A DNA stretch of 43,346 bases. Source: Burkholderiales bacterium (GTDB taxonomy: Bacteria; Patescibacteriota; Minisyncoccia; Phycocordibacterales; UBA9973). Position 1 is the stretch's first letter, and every line of letters starts with the position of its first letter. The position numbers and the translations under genes were made by a program. Under the pieces are notes generated by a model. It saw nothing but the letters and a program-made list of their open reading frames with translations, did no database searches and was not told the origin of the DNA. Location of the stretch: the NCBI GenBank assembly GCA_023701005.1, contig JAMPXW010000002.1, positions 1 through 43,346 of the forward strand, in the 5' to 3' direction. Positions 36,989 to 43,346 of this stretch are shown here, piece after piece.

Positions 36989-37537
36989 ATGTCACACGAA
37001 ATTGAGACAAAAATTCTAGATGTTGATAAAGAAATTATAAAAGAAAAAATGATTTATTTGGGTGCAGAAAAAATAAAAGAAACTAGATTATTTGTAGATT
37101 GGTTTGGTTTAAAAAGTTTTTCTCACAAGAGTGAAGAAGATCCTTGGTTTTTGAGAATTAGAACTGATAGTGAAGGAAATAGTGAAGTAACTTGGAAAAA
37201 AGCTCGAAATTTTTTAGGAGCATCCAGCTCGCACAAAGAGATCAATTTTAAAATTTCAAACAAAGATGCCATGGCAGATTTATTTATTGAATTAGGTATG
37301 GAGCTTTATGCTCATCAAGAAAAAGATAGAATTTCTTGGATTTACAAAGATTGGTCTTTTGATTTAGATCAATATCCAGAAATGCCAGCATATTTTGAAA
37401 TTGAAGGTAAGAGCGAGGAAAGTATACAAGAAGCAATCAAACTACTTGAATTAGAAAATAAAGTAGCTACTCCAAAAGGAGAAACAGATATTATAGTAAA
37501 TAATTACGGTTTAAATTGGTATAACATGAGATTTTAA
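36989..37537 (+). CDS. CYTH-domain protein
   Basis: EIETK (ExExK), LRIR, TWK, EKDR, FEIEG. Confidence 0.88.
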   Translation: MSHEIETKILDVDKEIIKEKMIYLGAEKIKETRLFVDWFGLKSFSHKSEEDPWFLRIRTDSEGNSEVTWKKARNFLGASSSHKEINFKISNKDAMADLFIELGMELYAHQEKDRISWIYKDWSFDLDQYPEMPAYFEIEGKSEESIQEAIKLLELENKVATPKGETDIIVNNYGLNWYNMRF

Positions 37538-37593
37538 TTATGAAAAAATTATTAATTGATTTTTAGACGTTGGACGTCTATAGTTATCCACAT

Positions 37594-38109
37594 ATGAGTG
37601 AAATATTGGAATTTGGAATTAAAAGAGAAAATGAAGAGAGAAGAGACGGTGGCTGTGCCGTCGTATTTGACCCTAAAAGTCAAAAATATGCAGTAAATAG
37701 AATAATCGACAACAATTGGTTGGGATTTTTTTCTGGGGGAGTTGAAGATGGTGAAGATATGCAAGAAGGAATATTGAGAGAAGTTACAGAAGAAGGCGGT
37801 TTATATGATTTTTTATATGTTGAAAAAATTGCAGAAGCGGAATGTCATTTTTATGCTAGTTTAAAAAAATTAAATCGTGTCGCTCATGCCACTTGTCTTT
37901 TAGTTATACTTAAAAGTACGGATTTAAAACCTACTAAGCTGGAAGAACATGAAAAATTTGAATTAACTTGGGTGACTACAGAAGAAATGTTTTTAGATTT
38001 AAATAAAAATAATAAAGATAAAAATAGAGATCATTGGATTTACTTTTTTAAAAAAGCTGTAAACAGGGCAATTGAATTAGGGTACGACAAAACTAGCAAA
38101 AAAATATAA
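37594..38109 (+). CDS. NUDIX hydrolase
   Basis: GGVEDGEDMQEGILREVTEEGG Nudix box; ATG 37594 or TTG 37570 start. Confidence 0.88.
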   Translation: MSEILEFGIKRENEERRDGGCAVVFDPKSQKYAVNRIIDNNWLGFFSGGVEDGEDMQEGILREVTEEGGLYDFLYVEKIAEAECHFYASLKKLNRVAHATCLLVILKSTDLKPTKLEEHEKFELTWVTTEEMFLDLNKNNKDKNRDHWIYFFKKAVNRAIELGYDKTSKKI

Positions 38110-38180
38110 TATATTTAATTTTCAAATTATGATACAATGTATTTGGTCGTATTTTGTCAGCCTAATTTCTATATATTTCT

Positions 38181-38300
38181 ATGGACAACACAAATACACA
38201 AGGTACTGATGTTCCTGCAACAGAAGTTCCTACAACTGAAGAAGTTCAAACTCCAGCTGAAGAGACTACAACTCCAGCCGAAGAAACTACAACTGAATAA
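38181..38300 (+). CDS. small acidic Thr/Glu/Pro-rich protein (39 aa)
   Basis: Hand translation MDNTNTQGTDVPATEVPTTEEVQTPAEETTTPAEETTTE; repeat differences are synonymous in this frame; own -10 and terminator. Confidence 0.6.
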   Translation: MDNTNTQGTDVPATEVPTTEEVQTPAEETTTPAEETTTE

Positions 38301-38328
38301 AGTAGTGACTTTTAAATCAAAATGATTT

Positions 38329-38372
38329 AACTAAAAAACCTAGCAAAATAGCTGGGTTTTTTAGTTTTTTTA
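38329..38372. terminator. intrinsic terminator
   Basis: aactaaaaaacctagc-aaaata-gctgggttttttagtt plus T tail. Confidence 0.8.
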
Positions 38373-38403
38373 TTAGTAATTATATGTTATAATGTCTCGT
38401 AAT

Positions 38404-39957
38404 ATGCAAAAAATAAAAAATATGTTTGAAAAAACAAGAAATTGGTCACTTAAAAAGAAAATTATTTATGGAATAATTGTTCTTATTTTAATATTAATTG
38501 GTTTTATGGTATTTAAACCTAAAGATAATAGTGCAAATATCACGACAGATACAGTCAAATTAATGAATTTAAAACAAACAGTTTTGGCTACAGGACAAGT
38601 GACATCAAATACTGATTTAAATTTATCCTTTTTTTCTAGTGGTATAGTCCGTTCTCTCAAGGTTAAAGTCGGAGATGAAGTTAAAGAAGGTCAAATATTG
38701 GCTACTTTAGATCAAGGCAATGAATTAGCAGCTTTAACTCAAGCTCGTGGTGCAGTGGCAGCTGCAGAAGCTAGATACAAACGCACATTAGATGGTGCTT
38801 CAAACGAAGAAATTAAACTTTCAGAACTTGCTTTAGAAAATGCAAAACGTGATTATGAAAGAGTAAAATCTCAACAAGAAACTCTCGTTAAAAGTGCTTA
38901 CAAGAATTTATTAAATTCAACCCCCGAAGCTTTGCCTTCTACTGGCGGAAGTGATTATACAGCACCGACAATAAGTGGTAATTATAATCTAGAGAAAGAA
39001 GGTAAGATAATTATTTCTATTTATTATAGTGGTAATGGTACCAATTTCAACGTGAATGGAATAGTAAATGGTAGTGGACAAGTAACAACGACAACTCCTC
39101 AACCAATAGGAGATTCTGGTTTGTATATCAAATTCCCAACTTCTAGTTCAATGAACATTTCAGAATGGATAATAGACATTCCTAATAAAAAAGCTTCAAA
39201 CTATACTACAAACTTAAACGCTTATGAATCTGCTCTAAAAACACAAGTATCTGCTTTAGGCTCTGCGCAGGCATTGACAGATCAAAGAGAAGCTGAGCTT
39301 TCAATTAAAAAAGCAGCAGCTCGTCCCGCAGACATAGAATTAGCAAAAGCTGATATTTTGACTGCCCAAGGTAGCTTGCAATCTGCAAGTGCAAATTTTG
39401 AACACACGATATTGCGTGCTCCAAGCAAAGGAACAATAACAAAAGTAGATATTAAAATAGGGGAACTTGCTCAAGCACTAAAAAATGTTATGACCTTGCA
39501 AGACGTAGGAAGTGTCTATTTGGAAGCAAATATAAATGAAGCAAATATTACAAGTATAAAAGTCGGAGCCCCAATAGATATTACTTTCGATGCTTTCGGA
39601 ACAGAACAAATTTTTAAAGGTAGTATTTTGAATATAGATCCTGCCTCTACTGTTATTTCTGGAGTAGTAAATTATAAAATCACAGCAAATATCTTTAATT
39701 CTCCAGAACTTCGTCCTGGAATGACAGCCAATATGACTATATTAGTAGAAGAAAAAGATAATATTCTCACAGTTCCTTCTCGCGCTGTCATTAAAGATAA
39801 AACTGGATTGCAAACTATAAGAGTCGTCACCAATCCAAAAACTAAAACATATAAAGATGTAGAAATAAAAACAGGCATGGAAGGAGATGGCGGACTCGTT
39901 GAAGTTGTGTCTGGTTTAAGCAAAGACGAAGAAGTTGTAGTACTAATAAAAAAATAA
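38404..39957 (+). CDS. efflux membrane fusion (periplasmic adaptor) protein, MacA-like
   Basis: N-terminal TM, lipoyl halves VKVGDEVKEGQ and LRAPSKG, LRPGMTA; the ATG at 38392 overlaps the -10 so 38404 is preferred. Confidence 0.88.
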   Translation: MQKIKNMFEKTRNWSLKKKIIYGIIVLILILIGFMVFKPKDNSANITTDTVKLMNLKQTVLATGQVTSNTDLNLSFFSSGIVRSLKVKVGDEVKEGQILATLDQGNELAALTQARGAVAAAEARYKRTLDGASNEEIKLSELALENAKRDYERVKSQQETLVKSAYKNLLNSTPEALPSTGGSDYTAPTISGNYNLEKEGKIIISIYYSGNGTNFNVNGIVNGSGQVTTTTPQPIGDSGLYIKFPTSSSMNISEWIIDIPNKKASNYTTNLNAYESALKTQVSALGSAQALTDQREAELSIKKAAARPADIELAKADILTAQGSLQSASANFEHTILRAPSKGTITKVDIKIGELAQALKNVMTLQDVGSVYLEANINEANITSIKVGAPIDITFDAFGTEQIFKGSILNIDPASTVISGVVNYKITANIFNSPELRPGMTANMTILVEEKDNILTVPSRAVIKDKTGLQTIRVVTNPKTKTYKDVEIKTGMEGDGGLVEVVSGLSKDEEVVVLIKK

Positions 39958-39961
39958 TTAA

Positions 39962-40684
39962 ATGCTAATAGAATTAAAAAATATTACAAAAGAATACGAC
40001 AATAGTGGCGTAGTCACAAAAGTATTAAGAGGAGTGAGTCTTAGCGTCAAAGAAGGAGAATTTCTATCTATTATGGGACCTTCTGGTTCTGGAAAATCTA
40101 CATTAATGCATATAATAGGATTTTTAGATAGAGCTACAGATGGTACATATCTTTTTGATGGTGAAAACATAAAAGATTTCTCTGATGATGAATTGGCATA
40201 TATTCGTAATGAAAGAATCGGTTTCGTTTTCCAATCTTTCAATCTACTTGCACGTACAAGCGTGCTAGACAACGTCATCTTGCCATTAACATATAGTAAA
40301 AAGAAAAATCATCAAGAATTAGCAACGAAGGCTTTAGAGGCTGTTGGTCTCGGCAACAGATTAAATTTTCTCTCAAATCAAATTTCAGGAGGACAAAAAC
40401 AACGCGTAGCTATTGCTCGAGCACTCGTATGTGATCCAAAAGTCATTTTTGCCGATGAACCTACGGGTAATCTAGACTCTAAAAGCGGAACTACTGTAAT
40501 GAGTATTTTAGGTAAATTAAACGAAGAAGGACGTACTATTATATTAGTCACTCATGATAGAACAGTGGCTGAACATGCAAATAGAATAATAACTATCAAA
40601 GATGGAGAAATAATTTCTGATGAACATAATCCAAATCCAAGAAGAAGTAAAATCATAGAAGATCCGACAGATGATATAGCATAA
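39962..40684 (+). CDS. ABC transporter ATP-binding protein (MacB/LolD-like)
   Basis: [30 protein letters not shown]. Confidence 0.95.
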   Translation: MLIELKNITKEYDNSGVVTKVLRGVSLSVKEGEFLSIMGPSGSGKSTLMHIIGFLDRATDGTYLFDGENIKDFSDDELAYIRNERIGFVFQSFNLLARTSVLDNVILPLTYSKKKNHQELATKALEAVGLGNRLNFLSNQISGGQKQRVAIARALVCDPKVIFADEPTGNLDSKSGTTVMSILGKLNEEGRTIILVTHDRTVAEHANRIITIKDGEIISDEHNPNPRRSKIIEDPTDDIA

Positions 40685-40686
40685 AA

Positions 40687-41952
40687 ATGAGAACTTTATT
40701 AAAAAATGCCCATGGAGTAATAAAAAATCTTGCATCTCGTAAAGCGAGAAGTTTTTTGACTATACTAGGTATAGTTATTGGTGTGGCTGGAGTCATCATC
40801 ATTATATCTTTAGGTGCTGGTGCTCAAGCTTTAGTGTTAGGACAAATCACAAAGTTAGGTACCAATATTATTGGTATTTTGCCAGGTAAAAGTAATGAGA
40901 AAGGTCCACCGGCTGCTGTTTTTGGTATACAAATAAAGACCCTTAAAACAAACGATCTCGAAATGATAAAAGATAAAGACAGAGTTCCTCATGCAGAAGA
41001 AATCGTCGGAGTAGTGAAAGGAGATGTGACTATTATTTCTGGAAAAGAATCTGTCGACACGACTTTCACTGCGACAGATGGAAGTTATCCAAGAGTTCAA
41101 AATGTAAAATATGAAAGTGGATCATTCTTTACTGATGAAGAAGCTAGATCAGGCGCAAATGTAATTGTTTTAGGTTATGACGTGAGAGAGCAATTATTTC
41201 CAAATGGAGGAGAATTAGGATCTATTGTCACTTTAAAAAGTTCAGGAGAAAATAAAACTAGTATTCCTTTTAGGATTATAGGAGTACAAGAAAAACTAGG
41301 AACAGTCGCTTTTCAAAATCAAGATGATCAAGTCTTCATACCTTTTACTATAGGACAAAGACAAATTTTAGGAATAGATTATCTACAATTTATAAGAATA
41401 AAAGTAGACAATGCAGATAACATAAAAGAGACAATTACTGACGTAGAACAAGTTTTAAGAGATCAGCATAGAATAAAAAATCCAGATAACGATGATTTCT
41501 CTGTAAGAGACTTAGCTGACGCTATCAAAATATTAACAAGCATTACTGATGCTTTGAGAATGTTTTTGAGCTTAATGGCTGGAATATCACTCATAGTTGG
41601 AGGTATAGGTATTATGAATATAATGCTTGTGACAGTATCAGAACGTACAAGAGAAATAGGCTTAAGAAAAGCTTTAGGTGCAACTTCACACCAAATTCGA
41701 AATCAGTTTTTAGTAGAAGCTGTAGTTTTGACAGGGCTAGGAGGATTGATAGGAATAATAGTAGGAGTACTTATCTCTTATCTTATCGCTCTTGGAGCAC
41801 GTTATGCTGGGTATGATTGGTCTTTTGTCATATCGCCCACAGCTATTTTTCTAGCTGTATTTGTATCGACAATGACTGGTATAATATTTGGACTTTTCCC
41901 AGCGATGAAAGCTTCCAAGCTCGATCCAATTAATGCATTACGTTATGAATAA
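40687..41952 (+). CDS. ABC transporter permease (MacB/FtsX family)
   Basis: LTILGIVIGV, VGGIGIMNIM, ERTREIGLRKALGA, ALRYE. Confidence 0.95.
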   Translation: MRTLLKNAHGVIKNLASRKARSFLTILGIVIGVAGVIIIISLGAGAQALVLGQITKLGTNIIGILPGKSNEKGPPAAVFGIQIKTLKTNDLEMIKDKDRVPHAEEIVGVVKGDVTIISGKESVDTTFTATDGSYPRVQNVKYESGSFFTDEEARSGANVIVLGYDVREQLFPNGGELGSIVTLKSSGENKTSIPFRIIGVQEKLGTVAFQNQDDQVFIPFTIGQRQILGIDYLQFIRIKVDNADNIKETITDVEQVLRDQHRIKNPDNDDFSVRDLADAIKILTSITDALRMFLSLMAGISLIVGGIGIMNIMLVTVSERTREIGLRKALGATSHQIRNQFLVEAVVLTGLGGLIGIIVGVLISYLIALGARYAGYDWSFVISPTAIFLAVFVSTMTGIIFGLFPAMKASKLDPINALRYE

Positions 41953-41962
41953 ATAAAATAAA

Positions 41963-43228
41963 ATGAAATCATATTTTTTACAAGCAATAAGAGGAATCAC
42001 ACATAACAAAAGCCGTACTTTTTTAACGACTTTGGGTATCATGATAGGTATAGGAACAGTGATCATGGTTTTTTCTACTGGGGAAGGTTTTAAAAGTTAT
42101 ATCAATTCTCAAATTGAAATGTTTGGTACCAACACCATCACGATAGAGACAGTCGTTCCTGCTTCTACAAAAACAAGAGATGCTGGCGATAAAGCAGACA
42201 ATGCAAACATGGACAACAATGTTGCAAACAGAGCTATCCCTATAAAAACTTTTAAAAATAAAGATATACAAGATATAAAAAATGTAGCAAATGTAAAAAA
42301 TGCTTATGGTTCTGCTTTCGGACAAGAAGTCGTCACTTATAAAGACAATTCAAAAACTACTTTGATTTTAGGGGCAGATGCATCACGTTTTGAAATAGAT
42401 AAAGGGGTAATAGAATTTGGACGTCCATACACAAATGAAGAGAATAGCAGTTTGGCGCAAGTAGCCATATTGGGACACACATTAGCTGAAGATCTTTTTG
42501 GAGATAGTGATCCTTTAGGAGAACTCGTGCGTGTTGGAAATTATAATTTTGAAGTTATTGGTGTATATGAACCGAGAGGAGGCCTAGGATCTTTTGATGA
42601 TGAGCAAATTTTTATACCTATCACCACCTTACAGAAAAAAATATTAGGAACAGATTATCTTGGTTATGGAATAGTAGAGTTAATAGACGGCGATAAAGCT
42701 GACTCGACTTCTCTAGATATACAAGATGTCTTAAGAAGAAATCATGATATTGATGATCCATTAAAAGATGACTTTAGCATAAAAACTCAAGAACAAAATA
42801 TGGAGACTTTCAATGTTATTTTAAGTGCTACAACATTTCTTTTGATAGCTATCGCCCTCATATCTCTCGTTGTGGGAGGAGTAGGAGTAATGAATATAAT
42901 GTACGTCGTTGTGACCGAAAGAATAGGGGAAATAGGCCTTAAAAAGGCCCTAGGAGCTCGGAATAAAGACATTTTGTATGAATTCCTCATAGAAGCAATT
43001 TTGCTTACATTGTTAGGTGGAATTGTCGGAATCATTTCTGGTTCAATGCTTTCTTTTGGAGTAGCTAAACTTGCCCAAAATTTTGGTTTTGCTTGGAAGT
43101 TTTCAGTACCTATTTACGGCATAATTTTATCCATTTCCATTTCTACAATGATAGGTATTGTCTTCGGAGTTTTCCCTGCAAAAAATGCTTCTAAATTAAA
43201 TCCGATCGAAGCTCTGAATAAAGAATAA
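41963..43228 (+). CDS. ABC transporter permease (MacB/FtsX family), second paralog
   Basis: LTTLGIMIGI, VGGVGVMNIM, EIGLKKALGA. Confidence 0.95.
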   Translation: MKSYFLQAIRGITHNKSRTFLTTLGIMIGIGTVIMVFSTGEGFKSYINSQIEMFGTNTITIETVVPASTKTRDAGDKADNANMDNNVANRAIPIKTFKNKDIQDIKNVANVKNAYGSAFGQEVVTYKDNSKTTLILGADASRFEIDKGVIEFGRPYTNEENSSLAQVAILGHTLAEDLFGDSDPLGELVRVGNYNFEVIGVYEPRGGLGSFDDEQIFIPITTLQKKILGTDYLGYGIVELIDGDKADSTSLDIQDVLRRNHDIDDPLKDDFSIKTQEQNMETFNVILSATTFLLIAIALISLVVGGVGVMNIMYVVVTERIGEIGLKKALGARNKDILYEFLIEAILLTLLGGIVGIISGSMLSFGVAKLAQNFGFAWKFSVPIYGIILSISISTMIGIVFGVFPAKNASKLNPIEALNKE

Positions 43229-43249
43229 AATTTGTTATAATAAAGTTAT

Positions 43250-43346
43250 ATGATTTTAAAAAAATTTAGTTTAATTTTATTTTTAATTTTATCTCTTTTC
43301 CCATTTACAAAAATAAATGCTCAATCTTCTGAAGTGGGTTTTGTGC
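43250..43346 (+). CDS. 5' part of a secreted protein, runs off the window edge
   Basis: MILKKFSLILFLILSLFPFTKINAQSSEVGFV signal-peptide-like; TG-TATAAT upstream. Confidence 0.65.
   Translation, partial: MILKKFSLILFLILSLFPFTKINAQSSEVGFV

Noticed and set aside
37540-37569. Stop-codon readthrough or alternative genetic code at the in-frame TAG
   Set aside because: TAG and TGA end other genes normally (serS, TPM, HD) and no core gene is interrupted; a downstream start explains the NUDIX ORF
38250-38294. CRISPR-like repeat
   Set aside because: Only two adjacent 21-nt units, no spacers and no cas genes; a coding tandem repeat
38137-38325. 62-aa ORF from the track (MYLVVFCQ...)
   Set aside because: Its start overlaps the -10 element, and the repeat differences are synonymous in the alternative 38181-38300 frame, which is preferred
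29743-38372. Prophage or integrative element at tRNA-Gln
   Set aside because: No integrase, phage structural genes or duplicated tRNA 3' end found by eye
1464-43035. Numerous short antisense or overlapping ORFs (e.g. 1953..2477, 9110..9490, 23321..23797, 32613..33068)
   Set aside because: They are shadows of well-supported genes, with no recognisable motifs

Overview
AT-rich bacterial chromosomal window. Its gene content and style (compact housekeeping genes, a Cys-rich zinc-ribbon/solenoid protein, a tRNA-adjacent HTH protein) suggest a Patescibacteria/CPR (Parcubacteria-like) genome; this is an inference. Core genes include priA, mreB, a holB-like gene, frr, rseP, ddl, alr, rpmG, miaA, murA, parB, rel, topA, dprA, serS, an ftsQ-like gene, dus and dnaX, plus tRNA-Trp, -Leu and -Gln. 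Accessory content includes single-gene cassettes, a CsoR-regulated copper operon, an HD-HIT-CYTH-NUDIX run and a MacAB-type ABC exporter. The main unexplained signal is seven short GC-rich palindromes inserted in frame inside five housekeeping genes (priA, parB, topA, dus x2, dnaX x2), falling into two sequence families, alongside larger intergenic inverted-repeat elements. A second signal is that about 12 genes have a -10 box 6-7 nt before the ATG and no Shine-Dalgarno, suggesting leaderless mRNAs, whereas the accessory cassettes use leaders with SD sites.
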